From contig JACVGT010000001.1 in assembly GCA_018992685.1 (NCBI GenBank), forward strand, positions 100,458 to 164,457: 64,000 bases of DNA. The letters are read 5' to 3'. Of this stretch, positions 1 through 11,163 are shown piece by piece. Positions within the stretch are counted from its first letter, which is position 1, and each line of letters opens with the position of its first letter. Made by a program: the position numbers and the translations under genes. Origin of the DNA: Theionarchaea archaeon (GTDB lineage Archaea > Methanobacteriota_B > Thermococci > Methanofastidiosales > SZ-28-30). The notes beneath the pieces are model-generated. The model made no database searches and was not told where the DNA came from. It was given only the letters and a program-made list of their open reading frames with translations.

Positions 1-589
1 CCTCCTTTGGTTGGATGTGGGCTCTTCTCGTTATGAGTATTTAAGTCTTTCCATATGAAATTATGGAACACATATATTATAAGTAATAAATTAGCATCTC
101 TTTGTAATATTGATCTCTGATTTTTTTTAATATAGTCAAGCTGATGCCCGAGACAGTCATTGATGGTACGATTCTTTTTTTTGAAGAAAAGGGGCCATTA
201 GTCATGTTCGCACGTGATACGATTGAAAGAGTACTAGGAGATCACAAAGAGAAATTGAGACAGTTCTTGTGTATCGTGGATTCTCCTGCGAATATGAGAT
301 CACTGATGCTATGTAGACCTGATAAATTGGCTTATTCAATTCGGATAACGCCAATTATCCGCACTCAGTTCTTTTCCTTCACATCTGGACCCTTCTCTGG
401 CATCCTGATGGAGTTCCTTCAAATCTGAAACACGGTTTCCCAGTATCACCATCTCAGTTCAACCTAGAAAGCATATTTCTTGAGGCTCCAGATTGAGAAA
501 CGACATCCTGGTATTCTACGGGAAAGTGGTGTGGAGAATGCTATGCCATGCCAGATGCCACGGAAAACTACTTCTCAATCTTTTGTTTC

Positions 590-1003
590 TCATGCAACTG
601 TGAAGATGAGAACGACATCACCATGAGCATCTGTCAATTCCAATGTAGCACTGACAATGACATATCCTTCTACTGATTCCAAAACTTGCAGAAAGTCAAG
701 TTCCTGTTCCATTACTCCTTCAGGTTCACTACAGTACATTTCAGTGACCCCAACAGGGCCGAATTCGATGTGCCCTTTATTAGCAGTGTATTCCGAAAAA
801 TAGGAATTGCACCCTGCATCTCCTGTAATTCTGCCGTCCTGAAATTGAGCAGTGATTCTGGTGTCCCGCAGAACAGTGACCAGTCCCGTCTCAGTTCTGT
901 AAGAGTCCAAGATCCATATGTTACCTTCCAGGGATATAGGTTTCTGACCGATACATCCTATTGCCAAACCCAGAAAAATAATCACCAATGAGGACTTCTT
1001 CAT
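590..1003 (-). CDS. META domain (HslJ-like) lipoprotein
   Basis: Signal/lipobox-like N-terminus (LAIGC); META motifs W.L..Y, ITGDAGCNSYF, GVTEMYC, MEQE..FL..L; GAGGTGA SD upstream. Confidence 0.85.
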   Translation of the reverse strand: MKKSSLVIIFLGLAIGCIGQKPISLEGNIWILDSYRTETGLVTVLRDTRITAQFQDGRITGDAGCNSYFSEYTANKGHIEFGPVGVTEMYCSEPEGVMEQELDFLQVLESVEGYVIVSATLELTDAHGDVVLIFTVA

Positions 1004-1273
1004 TATGATATCACCTCAGTATAGTATTCATATCCTTCTTGAAATAACTTTTGGTCCTTTTCAAGAATTCACGGGTTCCCCAGATTACCCATCCTTTTGA
1101 TTTGAGCATCACGATATCGCTGTGGCTGATGCTCTAGACCGGCTACAGGAAACACTTCAGTCAGTGTCCACATCGCAATCATTGAATGACTGTTGAAATG
1201 GATTCAGCAGTATTCATGTTCCAGAAGGAATTCAAAACATATTATTCATAAAAAAGAAAAAAGAAGTTGATAC

Positions 1274-1378
1274 TTACTTCTTTATTGCCAGTTTTGCACC
1301 ACAAACGGAGCATGTTCCCTTTTCTGTAATCGTCGGGGCGTTGTCTAGGGTAGCTCCACAGAGTCCACATTTAGCCAT
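1274..1378 (-). CDS. 34-aa zinc-finger microprotein (two CxxCG motifs), not in ORF track
   Basis: Read by hand: MAKCGLCGATLDNAPTITEKGTCSVCGAKLAIKK*; AGGTGA SD, upstream AT-rich TATA-like box, downstream T-run. Confidence 0.7.
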   Translation of the reverse strand: MAKCGLCGATLDNAPTITEKGTCSVCGAKLAIKK

Positions 1379-1740
1379 ACTATCACCTTGAATACATATG
1401 AAAACTCCTTAGATAAATAATTTTCGGTTCAGAATACAAGAAAAGATTCGTGGCTCACAGTTTTCAGAGATCATGTGCTTCCACTCTTCTCAAGATGGTG
1501 CAGATACGGTGCCGTGCAGTAGCGAGTGATCTGGAAATGTTTTTCAGTCCCTAATGGCTTTTTCTCTTGTGGCTCTAAAGAAAGTGTATAGAACCCTGTC
1601 ACGTTTCCAAGTACCAGCAGAGGAGAAAGTCTTAAATAGCAACACGTTTACATAAAGCAACGCTGAGATGACATATGAACTTGTAGAAATATATATGTAG
1701 ATAAGTTGTGCGTTATTGCAGGAAATAGGTTGAAGGAGGA

Positions 1741-3078
1741 GTGACACGGATGACAGAAATCAATGACTCTTTGCGGAAATTCTGGAAGTTCTGTCAGCAA
1801 AAACGGTTGGATCAGGCTGCAATTAGAGCAATTCCTTACATTGGTCCCTCAATTTGTGATATCGTTTACGGAGGAACTGAAAAAGATCTCAAAAATCTCA
1901 TTGAGGTACTTAATCTGACGATAGAGCAGCAGAATGAAATAATTTCGAAATTAGAATCTGTCATGAAGCCCCCTTTGGAGTGTATTCTTGTGATTGGGAG
2001 TGGGTATGTGGAGTATCTCCTGGAATTACACGGTGATTTCGAGCTTGGACGAAAGCATGTAGTTACCTGTCATGAGTTCATAGGGGGGAGCGGCATCAAC
2101 CATACTCTAAGGCTAATTCATGCTGGATTTCCAGCGCTTCCTATCTTATCGATAGGGAAAGATCAACTAGGACAGAATATAAGAGAAAAGATTTTGATTT
2201 CAGCTAAGAGAGCTGGGATTTCGCAACAGGTCCTTACTTTTATTGATTCTGAAGAGTTTTTTGCAGCTAACATTAGGACTCCGCTTTCAGCCATCGTCGT
2301 GGGAAACGTACGAAAAACCAATTTCTCGTCGCAAATATATGGAAGCACGTATTTTCTCGACCATGTGAGAAGCCGGCTAGAGTATCTTGACGCACAACCG
2401 AATATTGACATTAAAGCTATCATTATAGGCCATATCCATGCTGATAGCCCAGACTTGATCCCCTCGCACATGGGGGAGTGCACGAAACATATCATCGATT
2501 CATTCAGTGGCAAACGTTTTCTGTTTGGCAATTTCGGAGACAGTCAGATCTGTATGGGTGTTGATTTCTGGGAGGAGCACCTGCGTAAACTCAGCGTATT
2601 CCAGCTCAACCTAAACGAAATGAGAAGATTTTTTGGCCCCGATGGTTCGAAGAAGTCCTTGGTTGATATTGTTCACTGGTTCAGAGACAAACGGATTACT
2701 GCTGTCATTACCCTCGATAAGTTTGGTGCTGTTGGTATCCATAAGGACGGCCAGAATCGCGTGATACTGGCGTGGCCTTTTGAACTTGAAGATTATGTTG
2801 ATTCGACGGGAGCAGGAGACGCATTCGGAGCAGGCCTAACTTCAAAACTCTATCAAAAGGGGAATTTCTCGTTTGGGGAGTTCCTCAGTGCAATCGAAGA
2901 GGCAAGAGTCTGGGCAGCCTATGCGTGCACCACTCTGGGTGGGGCGACACTGTGCCCCGATCAACCATCGCTTCGAGAATTCCATCAGCACGTCTTGGTA
3001 CAGCCGCACCCCATAGAAGTTCAACAGATGGAACATGCAGAACGAATCCTGCAGATCCTGGACAAGGCATATCAGTGA
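1741..3078 (+). CDS. PfkB/ribokinase-family carbohydrate kinase with N-terminal extension
   Basis: GGSGIN motif, LNLNE, ITLDKFGA and C-terminal signature DSTGAGDAFGAG; AGGAGGA SD. Confidence 0.8.
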   Translation: MTRMTEINDSLRKFWKFCQQKRLDQAAIRAIPYIGPSICDIVYGGTEKDLKNLIEVLNLTIEQQNEIISKLESVMKPPLECILVIGSGYVEYLLELHGDFELGRKHVVTCHEFIGGSGINHTLRLIHAGFPALPILSIGKDQLGQNIREKILISAKRAGISQQVLTFIDSEEFFAANIRTPLSAIVVGNVRKTNFSSQIYGSTYFLDHVRSRLEYLDAQPNIDIKAIIIGHIHADSPDLIPSHMGECTKHIIDSFSGKRFLFGNFGDSQICMGVDFWEEHLRKLSVFQLNLNEMRRFFGPDGSKKSLVDIVHWFRDKRITAVITLDKFGAVGIHKDGQNRVILAWPFELEDYVDSTGAGDAFGAGLTSKLYQKGNFSFGEFLSAIEEARVWAAYACTTLGGATLCPDQPSLREFHQHVLVQPHPIEVQQMEHAERILQILDKAYQ

Positions 3079-3360
3079 TTGTAATTTCTGTTTCTTGATT
3101 CTTCCTTTCTACTGCTCTCATTCTTATGGACATCTCTCTTGCCCAAATGCACCTCGATGGCAGGCACGTCACTGCCCCGTGTCCATCCACTGCACCCATC
3201 CCCTCAGAATGAGTGTCAACCAATCATTTTGATTGGAATGGCTACTGAGCCGGCAATACATTCTCTCAGTGGCAATTTCATGCTAGATCTGGCATAGCGA
3301 TTAAGAGAGAGACGGAAATACTTTTATACTACTTCCGACAATACCCTTCGAGGTTAGAGA

Positions 3361-3540
3361 ATGAGGAAACAAATGCTCAGAGAGACACTTATAGCAACGA
3401 TACTCTTCGCCATAGTATTTGCTGCTTTACTGATCTTCGTTGGAATAGAGGGTGTCGAAACTCCAATAGAAAAAGCTGTTGCAGTGATTATTGGCAGTGT
3501 GGTATTTTTCATTGCCTCATATACCTTCAAGAGAAAGTGA
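3361..3540 (+). CDS. 59-aa two-TM membrane protein, not in ORF track
   Basis: MRKQMLRETLIATILFAIVFAALLIFVGIEG...AVAVIIGSVVFFIASYTFKRK*; GAGGT SD and TATA-like TTTTATA upstream. Confidence 0.6.
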   Translation: MRKQMLRETLIATILFAIVFAALLIFVGIEGVETPIEKAVAVIIGSVVFFIASYTFKRK

Positions 3541-3690
3541 CCTGATAACCATGAACCCTTCCATAACCCCTCTCTGTGATATTATCTGTGCGAAAATCCG
3601 ATTTATCCACCGCCAATCGAACGCCAGGGAGATACAGGCCAAAGTATTTAAATAGGGATGAGCCATAAGGCCATAGCAGGTGATGTATAC

Positions 3691-4044
3691 ATGGACAGAA
3701 TCATTGCCTTTTGCGGATTAAAGTGTACAGAATGTCCCGCATTCCTGGCAACCCAGAGAGATGACGATGAAGCTCGAATCAAGGTGGCTGAGACCTGGTC
3801 TTCCATCTATAATTCAGATTTCAAGCCACATGACATTAATTGTGATGGATGTATCTCGAAGAAAGGGCAACTGTTTCGATATTGTACTGTTTGTGAGATA
3901 CGAAAGTGCGGACAGAAAAAGGGAGTAATCAACTGTGGTTACTGTGACGAATATGCGTGTCAGAGACTGCAGGAGTTCTTTTCACAGGCTTCGGAAGCCA
4001 AAAAGAATCTGGAACACATCAGAAAGACACTGTATACTCTGTAG
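3691..4044 (+). CDS. DUF3795-family Cys-rich protein
   Basis: CGLxCxxCP, CxGC, CxxCxIRxC, CxxCxxYxC pattern; start moved to ATG 3691 behind AGGTGA SD. Confidence 0.8.
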   Translation: MDRIIAFCGLKCTECPAFLATQRDDDEARIKVAETWSSIYNSDFKPHDINCDGCISKKGQLFRYCTVCEIRKCGQKKGVINCGYCDEYACQRLQEFFSQASEAKKNLEHIRKTLYTL

Positions 4045-4400
4045 ATCATCCGCTACCTGTGCTGTCCTTCAATGAGTACTGTCTGTGGCAGAGAACTCTC
4101 ACCAATAACCGTTTCAGATGGTTGCATGTGTGGATCAGTTGCAGCCTGGGAGCCTGCCTGACTCTTTCCAGTAGAGATCTTTTTGGTGTATTTCAGGAGA
4201 TGGGACATAGGTTCTCGGTGAATAATTTCACTATAACCGAGAATTTCCCCATTTCATTCCACTGCCTTTCCTTAACCTCGTAAACCTGCATTAAAATCTC
4301 CTTGAGGCTCAACTGATGGCTATCTTTGCAAATAACAAATTTAATTGGAAAAAAGAGTCTTGAGAGTTAATTTTATATAGTCTGCGATATCCCTTACCTG

Positions 4401-5330
4401 ATGATAGAGGAGTCTGTCTACAACGTACTGAATGCGCTGCAAACAGCCACAGTACTCAGTCCTGAACTGAAAGGTGAGCTCCTGGCAATCCTGGCTGCAT
4501 TGTGCTGGGCAGCTGGCGGTTCTATTTACAGGAAGGGTCTGGACACGACAGATCCTTGGTCGGGGAACCTCATGCGTATAACACTGGCTTCGTTGGGATT
4601 CCTGGTTCTCATGGTGACCAAAGGGACACTTATAGAATCCCTTGCGCGTGTCAGTACGTCTCTTGCACTGTGGCTTATTCTCTCTGCATTCATGGCTCTT
4701 GTCCTGGGTGACTATCTTCTTCTCAGATCGCTGAAGGATATCGGAGTGGCTCGTACGATACCAATCAGTTCTACGTATCCCCTTTTTGTGGTGCTGTGGT
4801 CTGTCCTTTTCTACGGGAAGGAAATCAGTTACGTCGTGGTCATTGGGACCGTTTTCATCGTTGCCGCCATCAGGCTCATTTCAGAACCCCAACAGAAGAT
4901 GTCAATAGACGCCTCCCTATACACCAAAGGGGCTGTAATTGCTTTGTCTGCAGCTGTGTGCTGGTCAATCAGCATTGTGATGCTGGATTACCTCACCCAG
5001 TTTCTGCCTTCAGAAGCTGTGGCAGGATTCAGGTTTATTGTGTCTGCAGTCATGCTGTCAGCAATTGTCTCTCGCAGTGGATTTTTCTGGGACAGAAACT
5101 CCTTGATGTGGATTGGTATTGGAGGAGCGCTGGTACTAATTGTAAGCAACTATGCATTTGTGGAGGCTATCAGAATGGCAGGATCGGTAGCTGTAGCCCC
5201 TATCACATCGGTGTATCCTGTGATTTCTGTTTTCGTGGCAGCAATCTTCTTGAGAGAAAAGCTCAGCCTGAAGATTCTGGCAGGAACACTCCTTTCATTT
5301 TCAGGGGTCATACTGGTAATCATGGGCTAG
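4401..5330 (+). CDS. EamA/DMT-family transporter
   Basis: About 10 TM helices in two EamA repeats (A..AA.CW, P..S.YP..., FLREKL). Confidence 0.9.
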   Translation: MIEESVYNVLNALQTATVLSPELKGELLAILAALCWAAGGSIYRKGLDTTDPWSGNLMRITLASLGFLVLMVTKGTLIESLARVSTSLALWLILSAFMALVLGDYLLLRSLKDIGVARTIPISSTYPLFVVLWSVLFYGKEISYVVVIGTVFIVAAIRLISEPQQKMSIDASLYTKGAVIALSAAVCWSISIVMLDYLTQFLPSEAVAGFRFIVSAVMLSAIVSRSGFFWDRNSLMWIGIGGALVLIVSNYAFVEAIRMAGSVAVAPITSVYPVISVFVAAIFLREKLSLKILAGTLLSFSGVILVIMG

Positions 5331-5541
5331 ATGAAGCTCACTAGATATCCAGATTCGGGAGATCAGGCTTTCTGAACGGTTCTTGAACGGAACTTTCTCT
5401 CTGATTATGAATGGAATCAGTAGGATATTTGGTTGGACTGTTGCTCGAGGTCTCCAAGTGAACTCATACGTGTGGCACAGGTCTTCATTTACTGCAACAG
5501 TGACATGTCGTATGCAAAATCCTATAAATTAGGATACCTAT

Positions 5542-8532
5542 ATGTACATGATGAACAAAGAACTTGTTGTCACCAAGCTTCTTACCAACAGGACAACTCT
5601 TGCCATTCTCCTCCTCCTAAAAACCCAGCCCCTCCACTGTCGGAAGATTGCTGCGATCCTCCATAAGAAGGAAGCTGAAATAGCAAGGAGACTTTCTCAA
5701 TTGGAGAGGGTGGGTATTGTCAGGGGGGAATGGGTCTATAAGGACAGGAATATAAAAGTCTATTTCCTGGAAGTAGACACTATAAGCATCCAGATAACTG
5801 CAGAGGGAGTACACATGCAGTATAATCCAGAAAAAAGGGAGAATTTCTATTCCCTAGAGAGTATTTTTCGGTTCGATGTCCCGGAACCCGACTGTTTAAT
5901 AGATAGACGCCAGCAATTAGAAGCACTGGACAGGTTCTCATTTGTTGTTGTAACAGGGATTGCTGGCATAGGGAAAACTACGCTGTCATCCTACTACGCG
6001 CACCTGCTCAAAGAACGGGGAAAAAAGGTTTTCTGGCACAGTTTTTCAGAACTGGATTCAGTACCGTATGTGGTGAAGAAACTGGCCACCTTTCTTGCTT
6101 CTCTGAACCGTCCTGACCTTCTGAATTATTTGAAATCTGATGGTTCTGATATGCGGGTAGTTACCGCTTTTCTCTTGGAAGGAATGGGTGATGGGCAGAC
6201 TGCTTTCTTCTTTGACGACTACCATCTGGTGATGACTGAATCCATGAATGAGTTTTTCAGCTCACTGAAGCTGTGCAAGGGAAAGATATGTGTGATCTCC
6301 CGGTACAGGCCGCCCTTTCTGTCAGTATTTGATGATGTCTCAGAGATACGACTTGGAGAAATGGATGTCATGAGTACCAGGGAGATGCTGGATAGGAAGG
6401 GCTACCACATCCAGGCAGACTCTCTGGAGAGAATATGGAGGAAAATCGGAGGGCATCCCCTTGCAGTAGAGTTATTGTGTCAGGCAGCATCCGGTGAGGA
6501 CCCCGGGCTCGTGACAGAAGAGATTCCCTCCTCGAATGTTGAGACGTACCTGTGGGATGAAATCTACGCCCAGCTACCTCCTGAAGAACAGCAGGTCCTG
6601 ATGATATTGTCCATCTTCATGAACCCTGTGACTGCGGTTGACGTGGAGCCATTGTGTTCTTTTCGGAATGTGAGGACAGTGCTCAGACGCTTGATGAAGA
6701 AAAATCTGGTGAGACGAGTTGACAATAAATACACGCATCATGCTGTCACCAGGTCCTTCTGCCGATCTCTTCTCCATGATGCCAAAAGTCTTCATTGTGA
6801 GGCAGCACATGTATGCCTGCAGCGAGGAACTCCCACCAGCATCATGGAAGCAGTGTACCATCTGGTGGCAGGAGAACGCCATGATGAGGCAGTCCAGGTT
6901 GTCCGTGGCTACAGTGATATGCTCATCAATGAGGGATATGCAGAATCTCTCTTAGGTGTCACAGGAAAATTAGGAGCTGAATACAGACGCCAGCTGAGGG
7001 AAGTGGAAGGAGAGATTCACGTGTTGAGGGGCGAGTATGATGCAGCCATTGCATGCTACACTGATCTTCTCCGTGAATCGCCCCTGGGTCATTCTTCTTT
7101 ATACAGAAACCTGGGGCATGTGTTCGAGAGGAAGAGAGAGTACCAGAAAGCAAGGACTCTCCTTGAGGAAGGACTCGCACATGCAGGGTCAGACCTCCTG
7201 GAACAAGGAAAAACACAAGTTCAGCTCGGTACTGTGCACGCTGCTCTCGGTGAGGTGGGTGAGGCTCTTGCCTGTTGTGAACGCGCAGGAGAATGTTTTA
7301 GAGTTTTGGGATACCAGAAGGGACTTGCTCAGGTATACACAGAAATGGGAAAGATATACCGATTCAATAATACAGAAAAAGCGCTGGAACTACTGTTCTC
7401 CAGTCTGGAGATCAGCCAGAGTATTGGAGATTTTCGGGAAGCAGCTTCTACCTTAAGTACAATTGGCATTGTCCTGTATGAGAGAGGGCAGACGGGTGAA
7501 GCTGTTACCTATTTTGAAAAGAGTCTCGCCATTTCAGAGCAGATAGGAGATATGGTGGGGATTGCCCGGTGCTGCAACAACATTGGTGTAAAATATGGGC
7601 TTGAATGGAACTGGGTCATGGCGATGAAATACTATCTCAGGACGCTGGATATCTGCCAGAAAATCAACGATAAGAAGGGAATTGCATTCTCCTACAGCAA
7701 CCTTGGAAGAGCGTATTCATATCTTGGGGCTCCTGAAAAGGCCATGGACTATTTTTTCGCGGCATTGACACTACGAGAAGAATTATCTGAAAAGGTGGAA
7801 ATGGCCTTTCTCTACTACAACATTGGACTAACCCACGAGGAAATGGGCAATTTTGAACACGCCATGGATTGGTATAAGAAGAGTCTTGCGCTGAGGGAGG
7901 ACGTAACCCATGCTCTGGGAGTTGCTTACAGTTGTGCGAGCATGGGTAAGTTATTGGGCAAGCTGGGTCAGTACGAGGCAGCACTTGAATATCTCAGCAG
8001 GGCTCAGGGGATTCACGAAAAAGAGAAGGGTGCTTGGATGATTGCCTGTACCAAGCTCCAGTCGGCCCAGGTCCATGTGGAAAGCCATCATCCTGAGCTG
8101 GCTCTCGCACTTGTTTCAGAAGGTATTCCCGCCGTTGAAAAAGCAGGAGACAGAGCTCTGCTCATAGAAGCTCACTGTACTGCTGCAGAAGCATGTGTCG
8201 ATATAGGAAGGATTGAAGAGGCCAGACATCATGCAGAGATCGGTCTTGAGGCTGCCACCGCTATCAGGAGTACAAAATATGAGGGGGAAGCTCGAAGAAT
8301 CTTGGGAAAGGTGTTCATAGCAGCAGGAGAGTATGATTGTGCTGAGGAAGAACTGAGATTGAGTATGCGCCTTCTCAAGAAGTGCAAGTACGAACTGGGA
8401 AAGGATCTTCTTCTGTTGGTCAACCTGTGTGAAAAGAGAGAAGCCTCAGAAGAGAAGTGCAGGGCACTCAGAGAGAAAGGGTTGGGCCTGTTGAGGGAGG
8501 CGCAAGGGCACGTCTCTCTGGAAAATGTGTAA
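5542..8532 (+). CDS. ArsR-like HTH + STAND (NB-ARC/MalT-like) ATPase + TPR-repeat transcriptional regulator
   Basis: N-terminal wHTH; Walker A GIAGIGKT; Walker B FFFDDYH; GGHPLA motif; long TPR array. Confidence 0.85.
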   Translation: MYMMNKELVVTKLLTNRTTLAILLLLKTQPLHCRKIAAILHKKEAEIARRLSQLERVGIVRGEWVYKDRNIKVYFLEVDTISIQITAEGVHMQYNPEKRENFYSLESIFRFDVPEPDCLIDRRQQLEALDRFSFVVVTGIAGIGKTTLSSYYAHLLKERGKKVFWHSFSELDSVPYVVKKLATFLASLNRPDLLNYLKSDGSDMRVVTAFLLEGMGDGQTAFFFDDYHLVMTESMNEFFSSLKLCKGKICVISRYRPPFLSVFDDVSEIRLGEMDVMSTREMLDRKGYHIQADSLERIWRKIGGHPLAVELLCQAASGEDPGLVTEEIPSSNVETYLWDEIYAQLPPEEQQVLMILSIFMNPVTAVDVEPLCSFRNVRTVLRRLMKKNLVRRVDNKYTHHAVTRSFCRSLLHDAKSLHCEAAHVCLQRGTPTSIMEAVYHLVAGERHDEAVQVVRGYSDMLINEGYAESLLGVTGKLGAEYRRQLREVEGEIHVLRGEYDAAIACYTDLLRESPLGHSSLYRNLGHVFERKREYQKARTLLEEGLAHAGSDLLEQGKTQVQLGTVHAALGEVGEALACCERAGECFRVLGYQKGLAQVYTEMGKIYRFNNTEKALELLFSSLEISQSIGDFREAASTLSTIGIVLYERGQTGEAVTYFEKSLAISEQIGDMVGIARCCNNIGVKYGLEWNWVMAMKYYLRTLDICQKINDKKGIAFSYSNLGRAYSYLGAPEKAMDYFFAALTLREELSEKVEMAFLYYNIGLTHEEMGNFEHAMDWYKKSLALREDVTHALGVAYSCASMGKLLGKLGQYEAALEYLSRAQGIHEKEKGAWMIACTKLQSAQVHVESHHPELALALVSEGIPAVEKAGDRALLIEAHCTAAEACVDIGRIEEARHHAEIGLEAATAIRSTKYEGEARRILGKVFIAAGEYDCAEEELRLSMRLLKKCKYELGKDLLLLVNLCEKREASEEKCRALREKGLGLLREAQGHVSLENV

Positions 8533-8696
8533 TGAGAGCAGGTATTGTTCTTGTCTCATGAAGTATCTTTGGCGACATTTCTGGAGGAAAACCAGTATAA
8601 TTACTTTCTCACGTTTGATTATTCTTCATATACAAACTATTTTCAAATCTGAATCTTTCTGACAAACCTTATAAGCCTCCTGCCTCAAGAAGGTGC

Positions 8697-11162
8697 ATGA
8701 TCATGGTATCTCTCCAAGAATCTGCCCCAGATATCACTCTGGTGGGAGGAAAAGCATTCAATTTGATGAAATTACAGGATGTTCATGTGCCCAACGGGGT
8801 GTGTCTGACTACAGAAGCGTATGATCTTTACTGCAGGCACAATAACCTTGGTGATCAGTTGAACAGCATAGCGGCCAATGCAGATTACGATAACCCTCCG
8901 CACCTGAAGGAATCAGCACAAAAAATCAGAACGTTGATCATGGAAGGGGATATGCCCGAAGAAATAACAGTCCTTTTGGATACCGTCCCCTACAGGAATC
9001 TGGTGGTACGGTCTTCTGCCACGCTGGAAGATCTCCCTCATGCAAGCTTTGCGGGCCAGCAGGAGACAATTTTTAACCCTCGAACCCTGGAACAGGGAGT
9101 CAAACAGTGCTGGGCTTCTCTGTGGAATGAGCGGGCACTGGTCTACCGACGTTCCCGAGCTGTTGGGGCCTTGCCCAAGATGGCAGTCATTATCCAGGAA
9201 GCAGTACCATGTGATGTCTCAGGGCTAGTATTCACCCGGAATCCTCTCACTTCAGGTGAAGAGATTGTGGTGGAAGCCATACACGGCCTTGGAGAGCCCC
9301 TGGTTGCAGGAGAGATAACACCAGATCGGTACGTTCTAGATAGAACCCTCAAGATTACTTCTCAGGACCTATCTGACCAGAACCACCAGAGCGTTTTGGC
9401 ACCCTCAGGTACTCAGAGTGTCCCCTGTGGGAGCACCCCGTGCCTGGATGATGCTGTACTGAATAGACTCTGCAGGGTCTGTCTTGACATAGAGGCTCAG
9501 TTTGGCGAACCTCAGGATGTGGAATTCGGCATCTACAGTGGTCAGATCCACATCTTTCAGGCACGGCCCATCACGACCCGCAAAGAAGATGTGTGGACGA
9601 GAGGGTACAGCGATGATTACTGGACGGGGGTAACTTCTCCTCTATATTTTTCTTTGTTGGGCGAATTCCTAGACGTCTATGTCAACCAGGAGGGCAATAG
9701 GATCATGGGTTATACTGAGCTGGAAGGTGTCCCTCTCCTCCGATACCACAAGGCACACGCTTATTTCAATACAACAGTCCTGCGTGAAGTGTTCAAATAC
9801 AACCCACAGTGGAGCAGGGTGAAAGAATTGTTGGATTATTTCCCTGAACATGAACGGCAGACCATGAAAGAGCTGCCCTTCAACCTGTGGAAACGGGTTC
9901 TGGCCGAGCTGCGTATTGCCCTTCTGGACTGGGATGGGACCCTTTTCAATACATACAAAAAGTACAACGAATTCTCAGAGAAATACCTCAAGAATCTGAC
10001 TGAATTTGACAGTCTCACCCTTGAGGATTTAACTGATCAGGAGCTCTTGGACCAGTTCTGGCACCTCTACACCCTGTGTCTGAAACACTACCGGCTGGTG
10101 CGATGGGGAATTGCCACCCACAACATGGGCATGAACATGATTCTGAAACGATTCCTCATGTCTTGGTACCGCGGTGATCCTGATCAGACCTACAACATCC
10201 TGGTGTCAGGTCTCCCACATAATAAGGCCACAGAGACCAATATTGCTCTATACGATCTGGTGGAACCCAGAAAAACAGGAAATTTTGATGCAAAACTGCA
10301 GGAATTCCTCCACCAGTATGGACACCGTTCCTATTCCAGGGACATTATCTTTCCCACCTGGCGGGAAAAACCCCAGCTCATTATTGATATCGTGGATTCG
10401 CTGGTAGAGAACGAGAGGGACGTCCAGCAGATCGAAGCCGAAAAGAAGGCCCAGAGAGAAGAACTCACCCAGAACGTCCTGGATGAGATTGAAACCCAGC
10501 AATTTGGTTTGGTTAAGAAGCTCGTGTTCAGGATGATACTGAACTATGCCCAGATATACATCGGGTTCAGAGAGAACCAGAGGTTCTTTCTGGATCATCA
10601 GGATTCCAGGTTCAGAGCTGTGTTTCTGGAAATGGGGAACAGACTGGCCCAGCGAGGTGTGTTGCAGCACAGAGATGATGTGTTCTTCTTGTTCAAAGAG
10701 GAGGTGTTCACAGCGTTGCAGACAGGAGAGGTACCCCTTGATCTCCTGACCAAGAGAAAAGCAGATTTTCACACCTATCAGCACACGCTTCCCCCCAAGT
10801 TTCTCCAGGGCAACCTGGAATTCGATGAGGATATTTCCTATCAGAAAGCCCTCATAGGCGTTGCATCAAGCCCGGGCGTGGTCACAGGCACTGCGAGACT
10901 CATACAGAGCATTGAGGAGCTTCACACCATTGAGAAGGATGAGATTCTGGTGGCAACCTGTACAGACCCTGGGTGGACTCCCATTTTCATCAAGATCAAG
11001 GGATTGGTTACAGAGACGGGAGGAATTCTCTCTCATGGGGCGGTAGTCTCCAGGGAATACGGGATACCTGCAGTAACGGGAGTCAAGAATGCCATGCAGT
11101 ACCTCAGAGACGGTGACATTGTTACCGTGAATGGGAACACAGGAGAAGTGCGGGTGAAATAA
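8697..11162 (+). CDS. PEP-utilising / rifampin-phosphotransferase-architecture enzyme (ATP-grasp, central substrate domain, C-terminal His swivel)
   Basis: VGGKA, VRSSATLED..ASFAGQQET, QARPIT; C-terminal TDPGW..ETGGILSHGAVVSREYGIPAV. Confidence 0.85.
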   Translation: MIMVSLQESAPDITLVGGKAFNLMKLQDVHVPNGVCLTTEAYDLYCRHNNLGDQLNSIAANADYDNPPHLKESAQKIRTLIMEGDMPEEITVLLDTVPYRNLVVRSSATLEDLPHASFAGQQETIFNPRTLEQGVKQCWASLWNERALVYRRSRAVGALPKMAVIIQEAVPCDVSGLVFTRNPLTSGEEIVVEAIHGLGEPLVAGEITPDRYVLDRTLKITSQDLSDQNHQSVLAPSGTQSVPCGSTPCLDDAVLNRLCRVCLDIEAQFGEPQDVEFGIYSGQIHIFQARPITTRKEDVWTRGYSDDYWTGVTSPLYFSLLGEFLDVYVNQEGNRIMGYTELEGVPLLRYHKAHAYFNTTVLREVFKYNPQWSRVKELLDYFPEHERQTMKELPFNLWKRVLAELRIALLDWDGTLFNTYKKYNEFSEKYLKNLTEFDSLTLEDLTDQELLDQFWHLYTLCLKHYRLVRWGIATHNMGMNMILKRFLMSWYRGDPDQTYNILVSGLPHNKATETNIALYDLVEPRKTGNFDAKLQEFLHQYGHRSYSRDIIFPTWREKPQLIIDIVDSLVENERDVQQIEAEKKAQREELTQNVLDEIETQQFGLVKKLVFRMILNYAQIYIGFRENQRFFLDHQDSRFRAVFLEMGNRLAQRGVLQHRDDVFFLFKEEVFTALQTGEVPLDLLTKRKADFHTYQHTLPPKFLQGNLEFDEDISYQKALIGVASSPGVVTGTARLIQSIEELHTIEKDEILVATCTDPGWTPIFIKIKGLVTETGGILSHGAVVSREYGIPAVTGVKNAMQYLRDGDIVTVNGNTGEVRVK

Positions 11163-11163
11163 C

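Noticed and set aside
144-428. 94-aa ORF at the window start
   Set aside because: No recognisable motif or SD; could not support it on either strand
4212-4243. TTCTCGGT...ACCGAGAA inverted repeat upstream of the EamA gene
   Set aside because: Single 8-bp stem with no second copy seen; could be chance
8697-11162. Calling this ppsA or a true rifampin-resistance rph
   Set aside because: It lacks the C-terminal PEP-binding barrel of PpsA, and rifamycin specificity cannot be read from sequence
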